DNA from: Phycisphaerae bacterium
GTDB lineage: Bacteria; Planctomycetota; Phycisphaerae; SM23-33
NCBI GenBank assembly: GCA_030745875.1
Contig: JASLNT010000006.1
Span: forward strand, 10,629-74,628
Length of the DNA: 64,000 nt
Reading direction: 5' to 3'
Every line of letters starts with the position of its first letter. The first letter of the stretch is position 1. This document shows, piece by piece, positions 1-11,200 of the stretch. The translations under genes and the position numbers were made by a program. The notes below the pieces were generated by a model. It did no database searches and was not told the DNA's origin. It saw only the letters and a program-made list of their open reading frames with translations.

Positions 1-2
1 TT

Positions 3-485
3 CAACTACTCGACGATATCGAGGACTTCGATACGCTGCTGACCCGCGCGCTGCTGACCAGGACGCAACGAGATGAACTCGTCGCCCGCGTTTTCGCAGG
101 GCGAGTCAGCGATCCGGTCGAAGCGTTCATTACAATTCTTGGAAGGCGCGACCGTCTTTCGATTCTCCGCGGCGCCACAGTTAAGTACAAACAACTACTC
201 AATATTCGCAAGGGCCTGCTCGAGGTGCACGCAACAACCGCCAGCCCCCTTGATGAGAACCGACACGCCGAACTCGCCCGGATGATATCCGAGGAACTGG
301 ACAGCGATATCATCCTGATCGATCATGTCGATCCGGACATGCTGGGCGGAGTTGTGATTCGAGTGGGCGACAGAGTGTTCAACGCGTCGCTCTCCAGGTC
401 CATCGAAAAACTATCCAACCGTCTCGCCAGACGAATAGCCCTGGCCGCAATGCCTTCGAACCTGAAGGAGGTTATGCCTGAATGA
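3..485 (+). CDS. atpH: F1 ATP synthase delta subunit (OSCP), 5' partial
   Basis: Frame-3 translation from the window edge reads ...[47 protein letters not shown]...[23 protein letters not shown], a typical delta/OSCP C-terminus; immediately upstream of atpA. Confidence 0.8.
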   Translation, partial: QLLDDIEDFDTLLTRALLTRTQRDELVARVFAGRVSDPVEAFITILGRRDRLSILRGATVKYKQLLNIRKGLLEVHATTASPLDENRHAELARMISEELDSDIILIDHVDPDMLGGVVIRVGDRVFNASLSRSIEKLSNRLARRIALAAMPSNLKEVMPE

Positions 486-2338
486 AATTTAACGCTGACG
501 AAATAACCAGTGTGATTCGCGAAGAAATCGCCCGTTTCAAACGGGAGATGGACGTTAGCGACGTGGGGCGCGTGCTGGAGGTCGGAGACGGTATTGCGCA
601 GATATTCGGCCTGGGCGACGCAATGGCCGGCGAGATGTTGGAGTTCGAGGGCGGGGCGATGGGGCAGGTGTTCAACCTGGAACAGACCTCCATTGGCGCA
701 GTTATCTATAACGATTCAGATACGGTGCGTGAAGGCACGATCGTACATACATCCGGACACCTCCTGGAAGTTCCGGTTGGTATGGAGATGATCGGAAGAG
801 TGGTCGACCCGCTCGGGGCTCCGCTTGACGGGCTCGGACCGATCGCAACTGAGGACAACCGACCCGTGGAGGTCATCGCTCCCGGTATCGCCGGACGACA
901 GCCCGTAACCGAACCGCTGCACACAGGCCTCAAAGCCGTTGACTCAATGACGCCGATCGGCAGGGGGCAGCGGGAGCTTATCATCGGAGACCGCAAGACG
1001 GGCAAGACCGCTATCGCTATAGATGCGATTATCAATCAGAAAGACACCGGCGTGGTCTGTGTCTACGTCGCCGTCGGGCAGAAGGAGTCGACAGTCGCCG
1101 GTGTCGTCGAAACTCTTCGCGCCAACGGAGCGATGGACCATACAATCGTGGTCTCGGCGGCCTCGTCCGATCCGGCTCCGCTGCAGTACATCGCGCCTTA
1201 CAGCGGATGCACGATGGCTGAGTATTTCATGTACGAACACGGGCGACATACGCTCGTGGTCTACGACGACCTGAGCAAACAGGCCGCCGCATACAGACAA
1301 ATCTCGCTGCTGCTGCGGCGCCCGCCCGGTCGCGAGGCCTATCCGGGCGATGTGTTCTACCTTCACAGCCGTCTTCTCGAGCGCGCCTGCAAACTGGCTG
1401 ACCGATACGTTATCAGCAGCGCCTCGGACGACGACCCGCTGGTTGATGAGGACGATCAGATCTACGTCGGCCCGATGGGTTTGGCGCGTGCGAATCTGGA
1501 GATCAAGGAAAAGGCGAACCCCGACAGGTTCAAGGCCCATTGCCTGAAGGAATCGGGCGGTTCGATGACAGCCCTGCCGATATGCGAAACGCAGGAGGGC
1601 GAGGTCGCCGCCTACATTCCAACCAACTTGATCTCGATAACCGACGGGCAGATTTACCTCGAACCGTCGCTGTTCTTTGCGGGCGTGCGTCCGGCGATCA
1701 ATGCGGGAATCTCGGTCAGCCGAGTCGGTTACAAAGCCGCCGACCAGGCGATGAAGGAAGTCGCCAAGTCGTTGCGTTTGGATCTTGCGGCTTTCAGGGA
1801 GCTTGAGGCGTTCGCCCAGATGGGCATGGAGCTCGACCCGGCCAGCCAGAAACAACTGGACCGCGGGCAGAGAATAGTGCAGTTGCTTACGCAGAAACAG
1901 TATGCGCCGATGGAGGCGATAGATCAGGCGATAGCAATTTTCTGTGCGGCCGGCGGACTGCTCGACGACCTGTCGGTCGATGAGATTCCGGAGTTTGAAG
2001 TCGGCGTGTTGGGATACCTCAAGAGCGACCACGCGGAATTCTACGAGGAGATACTGGCCGATCGGTCGCTGGACAAGGCCCGGACCAAGAGGCTCAAATT
2101 CCTGATAAATGAGTACAAGGAAACCGCCTACGCGGACCTGGTGCGCGTACGCAAGCGAGCCGCCCGCCAGACGAAACTTATCGAGCAGGAAGCTGAGAAA
2201 CGCACCAAACAGAACATCGCCCAGGGCGAAGACGAGACCGAAGAGCAGGTCGAAGATCAAGTCGAAGACCAACAGGACTCTGCGCCTGAAGATCAGGCGG
2301 ACACTGAAGTCGAAGATATGCAGGAAAGCGAATCGTAA
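482..2338 (+). CDS. atpA: F1 ATP synthase alpha subunit, unusually long (618 aa) with loop insertion and acidic C-terminal tail
   Basis: Walker [45 protein letters not shown] and [10 protein letters not shown]...[14 protein letters not shown] motifs; overlaps atpH stop (ATGA). Confidence 0.95.
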   Translation: MKFNADEITSVIREEIARFKREMDVSDVGRVLEVGDGIAQIFGLGDAMAGEMLEFEGGAMGQVFNLEQTSIGAVIYNDSDTVREGTIVHTSGHLLEVPVGMEMIGRVVDPLGAPLDGLGPIATEDNRPVEVIAPGIAGRQPVTEPLHTGLKAVDSMTPIGRGQRELIIGDRKTGKTAIAIDAIINQKDTGVVCVYVAVGQKESTVAGVVETLRANGAMDHTIVVSAASSDPAPLQYIAPYSGCTMAEYFMYEHGRHTLVVYDDLSKQAAAYRQISLLLRRPPGREAYPGDVFYLHSRLLERACKLADRYVISSASDDDPLVDEDDQIYVGPMGLARANLEIKEKANPDRFKAHCLKESGGSMTALPICETQEGEVAAYIPTNLISITDGQIYLEPSLFFAGVRPAINAGISVSRVGYKAADQAMKEVAKSLRLDLAAFRELEAFAQMGMELDPASQKQLDRGQRIVQLLTQKQYAPMEAIDQAIAIFCAAGGLLDDLSVDEIPEFEVGVLGYLKSDHAEFYEEILADRSLDKARTKRLKFLINEYKETAYADLVRVRKRAARQTKLIEQEAEKRTKQNIAQGEDETEEQVEDQVEDQQDSAPEDQADTEVEDMQESES

Positions 2339-2395
2339 TTGTGAGATATGCGGACTGCCTGATAAGTCCATAGAGCGCCGGACTGGAAAGTAACC

Positions 2396-3280
2396 GTGGC
2401 TAAAGCCAGAAGAATTCTCAAACACGCCAACGCCGTCAAGAACATCCGCACTATAACGCGGACGATGGAAATGGTTGCTGCGGCGCGGTTTAAGCGAACT
2501 CACGATCTGGCTGTGGCTGCGCGTCCGTACACGGACCATCTTGCGGGCATGGTTGCCGACATTCTCGCCCGTGTTCCTCGCGAGAAGCTCACGCATCCGC
2601 TGATGACCGCCCCGAAGGATGTTGAGACAGTGGTGCTGCTGGTGATTACCTCCAACCGCGGGCTTTGCGGGTCGTTCAACACCGCTGTGCTTAGACTGGC
2701 TTGCGAGCGTATGGAGCAACTGCGGGAAAGCGGTTACAAGGTGCGACTCCACGTTGTCGGCAAGCGAGGGATTCAGTTCTTCCGCTTCCGCAAGATTGAA
2801 GTTGCGTTGGAGTATCGCGATTTCACCGACATGCCGCAATACGAGGGCATTCGCGACGCCGCCGTCAAGTTGATGGACACGTATCTGGACGGTGAGATAA
2901 GCGATGTGGAAATAGCCTACATGCAGTTCATATCGTCCGGGCGCCAGAGTGCTTCAATCGCACAGATTCTGCCCATTAGCGACCTTCCAAGCCTCGCCCA
3001 ACAGAGGCCCGGGGAGGAAATCCTGCCTTACGACTTCCATCCCTCGCCGGAAGAAATATTCGAGAAGCTTCTGCCGGCGGCGATAGTACAGAAAATCTAT
3101 CAGTGCTTCATGGACGCCGCGGTGTCCGAGCAGGTAATGCGAATCGCCGCCATGCACGGAGCCACCGAATCGGCGGATGAGATGATCCAGAAACTGACAG
3201 TTCGCTACAATCGTGTCCGTCAATCGCAGATCACGACGGAACTGGCCGAGATCATGGGCGGGCGCGTCGCCTTGGAGTAA
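2396..3280 (+). CDS. atpG: F1 ATP synthase gamma subunit (GTG start)
   Basis: N-terminus AKARRILKHANAVKNIRTITRTMEMVAAARFKRT and C-terminus ITTELAEIMGG are canonical gamma. Confidence 0.9.
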   Translation: MAKARRILKHANAVKNIRTITRTMEMVAAARFKRTHDLAVAARPYTDHLAGMVADILARVPREKLTHPLMTAPKDVETVVLLVITSNRGLCGSFNTAVLRLACERMEQLRESGYKVRLHVVGKRGIQFFRFRKIEVALEYRDFTDMPQYEGIRDAAVKLMDTYLDGEISDVEIAYMQFISSGRQSASIAQILPISDLPSLAQQRPGEEILPYDFHPSPEEIFEKLLPAAIVQKIYQCFMDAAVSEQVMRIAAMHGATESADEMIQKLTVRYNRVRQSQITTELAEIMGGRVALE

Positions 3281-4789
<1,509 letters not shown>

Positions 4790-4793
4790 GAAG

Positions 4794-5084
4794 ATGGGTG
4801 ATATGACAATTGCAGTTCTTGTTGCGTTCTATCTGTTCCTGGCAACCAGATGGGATCTTGTTCGTAGACCTCTGCCGTTTGTCGTGGGCGTCCTTGCTGT
4901 GATTGTGGTGATACTGGCGGGCTTCTTCAATCTTGGCCGCAGTACGGTGACTGTAGGCGATGTATTCACGATTATTGGAGCTTTAGTCGCGTTTGCCGCT
5001 GGTATCGCCACATGCGCCAATATGAAGCTGCCGATCGATATGTCCGCCCTGACGCCCGATACGGTCGAAGAACCAGAGGAATAA
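4794..5084 (+). CDS. small 2-TM membrane protein of unknown function, inserted between atpD and atpC
   Basis: ATG at ~4794 is 5 nt after the atpD stop; 96 aa with two hydrophobic helices (IAVLVAFYLFLA, VVGVLAVIVVILAGFF, IIGALVAFAAGIA); start taken as the internal Met of the 4581..5084 ORF. Confidence 0.45.
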   Translation: MGDMTIAVLVAFYLFLATRWDLVRRPLPFVVGVLAVIVVILAGFFNLGRSTVTVGDVFTIIGALVAFAAGIATCANMKLPIDMSALTPDTVEEPEE

Positions 5085-5090
5085 CAGCTG

Positions 5091-5600
5091 ATGGATGTAT
5101 ATGACGCTATACGACAACGCCGAAGCGTGAGAAAATTTGAAGATCGGGCCATCGCCGACGACGTACTTGCCCGCATTCTGGACGCCGGGATACTAGCCCC
5201 AACCGGTAGAAACACCCAGGAGTGGAAGTACGTCGTCGTGCGGGAGCCCGAGGCGCGAAACCAACTGGCTGGAGCGTGCGAACAGGAGTTCGTCGGCAAG
5301 GCGCAGGTTGTCGTCGCGGTGGTTTCGCTGGATCCGGTCCGCGAGATGTATTGCGGTATACAGGCCGGACCGGTCGATTGCGCAATTGTAATAGACCACA
5401 TGACGCTGGCGGCTGTGGCCGAAGGCCTGGGAAGCTGCTGGATCGGACATTTCGATCAGGACAAGTGTCGCACGATCCTCGACGTGCCCGAATCGGCAAA
5501 AATCATAGAGATGCTCGTGCTCGGTTACCCCGCCGACACGCCTACAGAGAAAAAGCGAAAATCTCCCGAAGAACTGACGTGCTGGGAGAAGTTCTCGTAG
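5091..5600 (+). CDS. nitroreductase-family flavoprotein
   Basis: AIRQRRSVRKF, LAPTGRNTQEW and CWIGHFD motifs of the NADH-oxidase/nitroreductase fold. Confidence 0.8.
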   Translation: MDVYDAIRQRRSVRKFEDRAIADDVLARILDAGILAPTGRNTQEWKYVVVREPEARNQLAGACEQEFVGKAQVVVAVVSLDPVREMYCGIQAGPVDCAIVIDHMTLAAVAEGLGSCWIGHFDQDKCRTILDVPESAKIIEMLVLGYPADTPTEKKRKSPEELTCWEKFS

Positions 5601-5635
5601 GATCTCAGGCCTTGAATTGACACAGGACTCCGAAG

Positions 5636-6085
5636 ATGCCGCCGTATAAACGCCCGTTTCGTTGCGAAATACTCACACCGCTGGGCAGCCGGTGCGCCTG
5701 CGACGCAGTTAGCGTAATGTTCCCTGCTATGGACGGTCAGTACGGTGTGATGGGGGGGCGAACTCCGCTGGTGACCATGCTGGGCGTAGGCGTTCTGAGC
5801 GTTGAACCGGTCAAAGGCGGATCGCAGGAGTTCTTTCTTGCGGGCGGTTTTGCAACGGTCAGGGAGAATACTCTGATCGTTCTCGCCGACGAATGTCAAG
5901 CCGCCAGCGATATCGACCGAGAAGAGGCGTGGGAGGCTATTTCGCAGGCCCGCGCGATGCCCGATGAAACCGACGAGCAGTTCGAGGCTCGTTGTGAGGC
6001 TCTCGATCTGGCGAGGAAGCGATTTGCGCTTGCCCAGTCCAAAGGCGCCGGCAGGCGACAACGCGAGTCTGGTTCGGACGCATGA
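5636..6085 (+). CDS. atpC: F1 ATP synthase epsilon subunit
   Basis: CEILTP...GVMGGRTPLVTML..GVLSV...FFLAGGFATVRENTLIVLAD pattern of the epsilon beta-sandwich, followed by a helical tail. Confidence 0.8.
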   Translation: MPPYKRPFRCEILTPLGSRCACDAVSVMFPAMDGQYGVMGGRTPLVTMLGVGVLSVEPVKGGSQEFFLAGGFATVRENTLIVLADECQAASDIDREEAWEAISQARAMPDETDEQFEARCEALDLARKRFALAQSKGAGRRQRESGSDA

Positions 6086-6107
6086 ATAACCCCGATGTGA
6101 GGTAACG

Positions 6108-7025
6108 ATGAAGTGTATTAGAATTGGAACGCGCCGAAGCATGCTGGCTTTGACGCAAACGGGGCATGTGGCTGAGGCGATTCGCGCAGCAAACACAAAC
6201 GTCACCACCGAACTGGTCGAGATAGTAACCACCGGTGACGAGACGGTCGGTCCGTTGTTGGATGTCGGCGGGAAGGGGCTTTTCACCGAGCAGCTCGAAG
6301 ATGCGTTGCGGGACGGGTCGATCGACATGGCTGTCCACTCAGCCAAGGACGTGCCAACATACCTTGACGACGATCTGACGATATCGGCCGTTCCGCTTCG
6401 CGCTGACCCTCGTGACGCGCTGGTCACCGCCGACGGTCTGGACCTGCGTGAGCTTTCAGGCGAAGCTACGGTCGGTACGGGCAGCCTGAGGCGAAGGGCG
6501 CAGGTTCTGGCGTGGCGGGGTGACGTGACGGTCGTGCCTATTCGCGGTAATATTGAAACGCGATTGAAGCGGGCTCTGCCCGACTCGGATCGCAAACTTG
6601 ATGCTGTAGTGCTTGCGATGGCCGGTCTTATTCGCGGTGGTCTGACCGAGAAGTACGCCGGGCATATCCGCCCGCTGGTGGATGTTATGCCCGCCGCGGG
6701 GCAGGGCGCCCTTGCCATCGAAACGCTCGTAGGCAACGATGATATCGCGCCGATTCTTGAGCCCATCAACGATCCGGATTCATTCGAAGCCCTCAATGCC
6801 GAACGCGCCGTTCTGGCCGCTCTCCAGGCCGATTGCCACAGTTGCATCGCCGTCCACTTCAGCCGACTCGACGATAAGTGGATGGGAACCGCCATGGTCG
6901 CACGCGAAGACGGTTCGGATCTGATAAAAGAGATCGACGTCGGCGGCGGGGCGGCCAGGGAGTTGGCGGACAAACTCGCCGCAACATTACGCAACAAAGG
7001 CGCTATGGAACTCCTCCACGAATAG
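6108..7025 (+). CDS. hemC: hydroxymethylbilane synthase (porphobilinogen deaminase)
   Basis: IRIGTRRSMLALTQT, GGKGLFTEQLEDAL, DMAVHSAKDVPT motifs. Confidence 0.9.
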   Translation: MKCIRIGTRRSMLALTQTGHVAEAIRAANTNVTTELVEIVTTGDETVGPLLDVGGKGLFTEQLEDALRDGSIDMAVHSAKDVPTYLDDDLTISAVPLRADPRDALVTADGLDLRELSGEATVGTGSLRRRAQVLAWRGDVTVVPIRGNIETRLKRALPDSDRKLDAVVLAMAGLIRGGLTEKYAGHIRPLVDVMPAAGQGALAIETLVGNDDIAPILEPINDPDSFEALNAERAVLAALQADCHSCIAVHFSRLDDKWMGTAMVAREDGSDLIKEIDVGGGAARELADKLAATLRNKGAMELLHE

Positions 7026-7083
7026 CAAACACCCATTCGAGACAATCTCATTTCGAACAGTCAGCCTCATCTGGAGATACTCT

Positions 7084-9240
7084 ATGTCAACTGAAACCAG
7101 GTACTTCCGCATTCTCGGCCTGTCGCTTCTGCTTATCGTCGCCGTGTCGACGACGGACCTGTTGGCGGCCCGGAAGGACAAGGCTCCGCCTGAATTCCGC
7201 CTCGCGAACATATTCACCGACAATATGGTGCTCCAGCAGGGCAAGAAGATCACGATATGGGGCTGGTCTAAAGGCGGCGCGCAAGTTTCCGTAACGCTGA
7301 CCCAGGACGAGAAGATCGGCGATTCTGACGGAGAGGAACCCGAACAGGCCGATACGGATGAATACTCGGTGACGGTTCAATATGTGGAGAAGAACCCGCC
7401 CAAGCTTGCGACAAAAACCATTCAGGCGAAAGCTGCGTCAGACGGTCGCTGGTCGGTCAAGTTCGACCCCGCCAAGGCCAGTTTTCAACCGACGTGGATT
7501 ATCGCAAAAAGCGGTGACGCTTCGGTCGTCGTGCGGAATGTGCTGATCGGCGAGATATGGGTGTGCGCCGGACAGAGCAATATGGGATGGAGCAACTTCA
7601 ACCGCAAGGATCGCGAAGGCGCATCGGCCGATTTTCCCGGGCTGCGCTACGTGGCGTGGGAGGATTCCTGGTACAAGCCCCTCGATGACATCAGCCCTCG
7701 CAGGAATATATCCTGGCAGACGTGCTCGCCGAAGTCAGCCCAGAGGTTTGCGGCCGTTCCGTACTTGTTTGGAATGTTCCTGCATCGCTACCTGAAGACC
7801 CCCGTTGGGATCATCAACGTAGCTCGCGGCGGAACGCTTGGCCAGACCTGGTGCCTGAGAGAAGAACTCGACAGTATCGACAATAAGATCATCAAGACTG
7901 TTCTGAAAGACTATGACGCCGAAACGGACATCTGGGACGATCCGAAAAAGGTGAAGCAGATAATGATCGAATGGGAAGAAGCCTGCGCCCAAGCCAAGAT
8001 CGAATATGAAAAGAAGGTCGCCAAAGCTCAAGCCGACGGCAAGAAGAAACCCCGCCTGCGATTGCCCAGAGCCCCGGGCGATCCGCGCAGCGGGTGGAGC
8101 CCGCCGGCCGGTCTGTTCAATGCGACCATCATGCCGATAAGGAACCTCAGCGTTAGAGGCGTGCTTTACTACCAGGGCGAGAACAACAACTTTCTGCGAT
8201 GGACCAGATACGAACACACGTTTCCGAAAGTCCCTGTCTCGTTCCGCAAGGCTTTCGGCGACGACTCCCTGCCTTTCGGATGCATAAGCCAGCCCGGTTG
8301 GGGCGCGTTTGCTACGGACCCGGAGGTGGCGACTATCGCAGAGGGCTATGCTATCGTTCGCGATATCCAGCGACGCGCGCTGGCGAAAGATCCGAATGCG
8401 GCGATGATTGCGACATACCCGTCGGGGAATTCATACATTCATCCGGGCGAGAAGCTCCCCGTCGCCGAATACGCTTCACTGTGGGCGTTGGCGAAAGTCT
8501 ACAAGAAGCCCGTCGTCCACCGAGGAAACGCCTACAAGAGAATGGAGGTCGAAAACGGCAGGGCGTATCTGTTCTTCGACAGCGATCCGGTTGTCTACGA
8601 GAAGTGGAAGCATATAGAGAAAAACGCGTATTGGCAGGTGTTGCCCTGCGCCAGAGAAGGCAAGGCCGATTTTCAGGGCTTCATAATCGCAGGCAAGGAC
8701 CGTCGCTGGTATCCGGCTGGGGGGAAACACGCCCGTCTTGACGGTAAGCCCTGTATCGAAATCTGGAGCGATCTGGTTAAGGACCCGGTCGCCGTTCGCT
8801 ACGGATGGGCCAGTTGGCCTACGGGGAACATGGTCGGTCGCGAAAGACTGCCCATAGCGACTTTCCGCACAGACGACTGGCCGATCCCGGAAGGCGTCAG
8901 TTACTCTGCTGAAGCCAAAGCTCGATGCAGCGAAATTCTCGACACGTTGAAAGCTAAAGCCCAGAAGGACGCTCTCGACCGCAAAATCCGCCAAATCCTC
9001 TTTGACCTTCCAAAGCTGGAAAAGGAGCTTCACATTCGAAAAGGCCAAAGCAACGGTCTGAAGATGCTCCTGGCAAGCAAGATCGCACGACTTGAGGGCG
9101 TGCTTGACGAATTGGAGAGCGATGACTGGCTTGCCAGGAACATCAGCAGCTATCCGCTGTTGGTAGAGAAGATCAAGACCGCACGAGCGAACATCGCAGC
9201 AATTGGGACGGAAGTTCGGAAAATCGAAGACAATAAGTGA
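7084..9240 (+). CDS. secreted sialate-O-acetylesterase-like (SASA/SGNH) hydrolase with coiled-coil C-terminus
   Basis: Signal peptide, LIGEIWVCAGQSNMGW motif characteristic of the sialic-acid 9-O-acetylesterase family; 718 aa. Confidence 0.55.
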   Translation: MSTETRYFRILGLSLLLIVAVSTTDLLAARKDKAPPEFRLANIFTDNMVLQQGKKITIWGWSKGGAQVSVTLTQDEKIGDSDGEEPEQADTDEYSVTVQYVEKNPPKLATKTIQAKAASDGRWSVKFDPAKASFQPTWIIAKSGDASVVVRNVLIGEIWVCAGQSNMGWSNFNRKDREGASADFPGLRYVAWEDSWYKPLDDISPRRNISWQTCSPKSAQRFAAVPYLFGMFLHRYLKTPVGIINVARGGTLGQTWCLREELDSIDNKIIKTVLKDYDAETDIWDDPKKVKQIMIEWEEACAQAKIEYEKKVAKAQADGKKKPRLRLPRAPGDPRSGWSPPAGLFNATIMPIRNLSVRGVLYYQGENNNFLRWTRYEHTFPKVPVSFRKAFGDDSLPFGCISQPGWGAFATDPEVATIAEGYAIVRDIQRRALAKDPNAAMIATYPSGNSYIHPGEKLPVAEYASLWALAKVYKKPVVHRGNAYKRMEVENGRAYLFFDSDPVVYEKWKHIEKNAYWQVLPCAREGKADFQGFIIAGKDRRWYPAGGKHARLDGKPCIEIWSDLVKDPVAVRYGWASWPTGNMVGRERLPIATFRTDDWPIPEGVSYSAEAKARCSEILDTLKAKAQKDALDRKIRQILFDLPKLEKELHIRKGQSNGLKMLLASKIARLEGVLDELESDDWLARNISSYPLLVEKIKTARANIAAIGTEVRKIEDNK

Positions 9241-9300
9241 ATCTCACGGCCGGGCGCGTTGATAATTGTAATGGGCGCGCCAATAATTCATTTGTAGGCG

Positions 9301-10995
9301 ATGTTAATAAGCTCAGGAGTCGGTGGACGAATGGCTGAACGAGGCGGAGATCGAAAACTGTTGGTTCTGCGGGGACCTTCCCTGGAGGCTGAGGGAATCC
9401 TGGGGTTTCTGTCCGAGCACTTTGACGTCCACGTAACTGCGGAGCTTGACGAGGCGCTCTCTGCAATTGAGCGGGAGGAATACGCCGCAGTCCTTTCCGA
9501 GACGGCGGATTTTCTACCGCTTGAACGGGGCGCAGTTACTCAGCAGGCCGCGGTCGTGCTGAATACGCTTGGCGACGGAGTGGGTATTGTAGACCGTGGC
9601 GGGGAGCTTGTATGGGCCAATCGGCGTCTGAGACGATTGGCTCGCGAAGTCCTGAATCCGCTGCGGGAGATTTGCGTCAAGGCGTTCAAGGAGTTCGACA
9701 AATCTGAGGATAATCGCGACGATCGCGGCAGGCGATTCTCTATCAAGCCCGATGAGCGTCAGTACATTGAAGTGATCTGTTCGCCGATTCGTGACATCGA
9801 GGGCAATATTCGTCATATCGCCGCGGTAGTGGTTGACGCAAGCGGTCAGATGCGACAACAACTCAAGCTGAATGCAATCGACCGGGCCGGGCGGGAACTG
9901 GCGCATCTGGATTTCGAAACGCTTTCAAAACTGGACGCATCAGAGCGACTGCGGCTGTTGGAGGAGAAGATCATCAGTTGCAGCCGGGATGTTCTGGATT
10001 ACCAGCATTTTGCGGTTCTCCTGCTGGATCAGAATACGAATCGGCTTGAGATTATCGTTTCAGAGGGTCTCAGCCAGGACGCTCTTGAATTTGAGATATT
10101 CGCCCGCACCGAGGGCAACGGGATATGCGGCTATGTGGCGTCTACGGGTCGCAGCTACATCTGTCCGGACGTTTCGAAAGACACCTTGTACCTGCAGGGC
10201 ATGCCCGATGCGAAAAGCTGCCTGACCACGCCGCTCCTGCTGGGCGACAGGGTAATCGGCGTGCTGCATGTTGAGTCTGATCGTCCGGCGATGTTCAGCG
10301 AGGCCGACCGCCAGTTTGCGGAGATATTTGCGAACTACCTGGCCATTTCACTGCACATTTTGAACTTGCTTGTGGCCGAGCGGTACAGCACCCACACGCA
10401 GCTCACCGGTTCGATGTCGGCTGAATTGGCTGGACCCATCAACGACATGATCACCGATGCGACGGAATTGATGGAGGACTACATCGGAATTGACGAGATT
10501 CGTCAGCGTCTCGGCGCGATCATCGATCGCGCATGTCAGGCGCGCAAATCCCTGACCGCCTGGAGCGGTTCGGCCGTCGGCGCCGTCACGGGCACAGTCG
10601 AGTCCAGCGGATATGATGCTGCGCTCGCGGGCAAGTGCATTCTGGTCGCCGACGACGAGCCTCTCTTGCGCGAGACCGTCCGGGACGTTCTGCAGCCCTG
10701 CGGATGCACTGTGGACCTCGCCTGCGACGGTCAGGATGCGATCGAGAAGATCTCCGCTAAGAAATACGATCTGGTTATCTCGGACATCAAGATGCCTGGT
10801 GCGGACGGATACGAGGTTTTTGAGGCCGCCAGGACCGCTTCCGGCGATACGGCGGTTATTCTGATGACCGCGTTTGGATACGATCCCAAACACTCGATAG
10901 TTCGTGCTAATCGTGAGGGACTAAGCTCCGTGCTGTTCAAACCTTTCAAGGTTAACCAGCTTCTCGATGAATGCCGCACCGCAATATCGCCATAA
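9301..10995 (+). CDS. multi-domain response regulator: pseudo-receiver / PAS / GAF / degenerate DHp / C-terminal receiver
   Basis: C-terminal receiver KCILVADDEPLLRETV...DLVISDIKMPGADG...ILMTAFG; GAF-like CGYVASTGRSYICPD...LHVESD; DHp-like SAELAGPINDM lacks the His. Confidence 0.75.
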   Translation: MLISSGVGGRMAERGGDRKLLVLRGPSLEAEGILGFLSEHFDVHVTAELDEALSAIEREEYAAVLSETADFLPLERGAVTQQAAVVLNTLGDGVGIVDRGGELVWANRRLRRLAREVLNPLREICVKAFKEFDKSEDNRDDRGRRFSIKPDERQYIEVICSPIRDIEGNIRHIAAVVVDASGQMRQQLKLNAIDRAGRELAHLDFETLSKLDASERLRLLEEKIISCSRDVLDYQHFAVLLLDQNTNRLEIIVSEGLSQDALEFEIFARTEGNGICGYVASTGRSYICPDVSKDTLYLQGMPDAKSCLTTPLLLGDRVIGVLHVESDRPAMFSEADRQFAEIFANYLAISLHILNLLVAERYSTHTQLTGSMSAELAGPINDMITDATELMEDYIGIDEIRQRLGAIIDRACQARKSLTAWSGSAVGAVTGTVESSGYDAALAGKCILVADDEPLLRETVRDVLQPCGCTVDLACDGQDAIEKISAKKYDLVISDIKMPGADGYEVFEAARTASGDTAVILMTAFGYDPKHSIVRANREGLSSVLFKPFKVNQLLDECRTAISP

Positions 10996-11164
10996 CGCCG
11001 CCCGGACGCTAGGGCGATGGTTCAAAGGGGGCTGTTTTTCAGCGAGATTTCCCTGCATTTCTGTGCTGCGCGCAAGTCAAGTAGGCTCTGTCAAGAGACG
11101 ATAAAGTGATTGGACGGCCTTGGAAAAACGGAGTTGCGAAGGCTATATGCGCTTGGAGGAAACT

Positions 11165-11192
11165 GCAAAGTCGTGCTGGTGCACGACTTTGC
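11165..11192. promoter_or_regulatory. perfect 12-bp inverted repeat (GCAAAGTCGTGC-TGGT-GCACGACTTTGC) 9 nt upstream of the first pseudopilin start
   Basis: Seen directly in sequence; no U-tract follows, so this is an operator or translational hairpin candidate rather than a terminator. Confidence 0.4.
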
Positions 11193-11200
11193 GCTAAACG

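Noticed and set aside
73-285. 70-aa plus-strand ORF at the window start
   Set aside because: Out of frame with and overlapping the atpH reading frame, whose translation matches delta-subunit sequence continuously from the window edge.
944-2839. 631-aa ORF on the minus strand antisense to atpA/atpG
   Set aside because: Lies entirely opposite strongly supported ATP synthase genes. Long antisense ORFs are expected in high-GC DNA. The translation is Arg/Gly/Val-rich and low-complexity with no motifs.
5525-7051. 508-aa minus-strand ORF antisense to atpC/hemC
   Set aside because: Same reasoning: opposite two well-supported genes, Ser/Arg/Ala-rich low-complexity translation.
9241-9300. GGCGCG...GGCGCGCC direct repeat between the esterase and response regulator genes
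   Set aside because: Short, GC-only direct repeat in a 60-bp spacer; indistinguishable from chance in this GC context.
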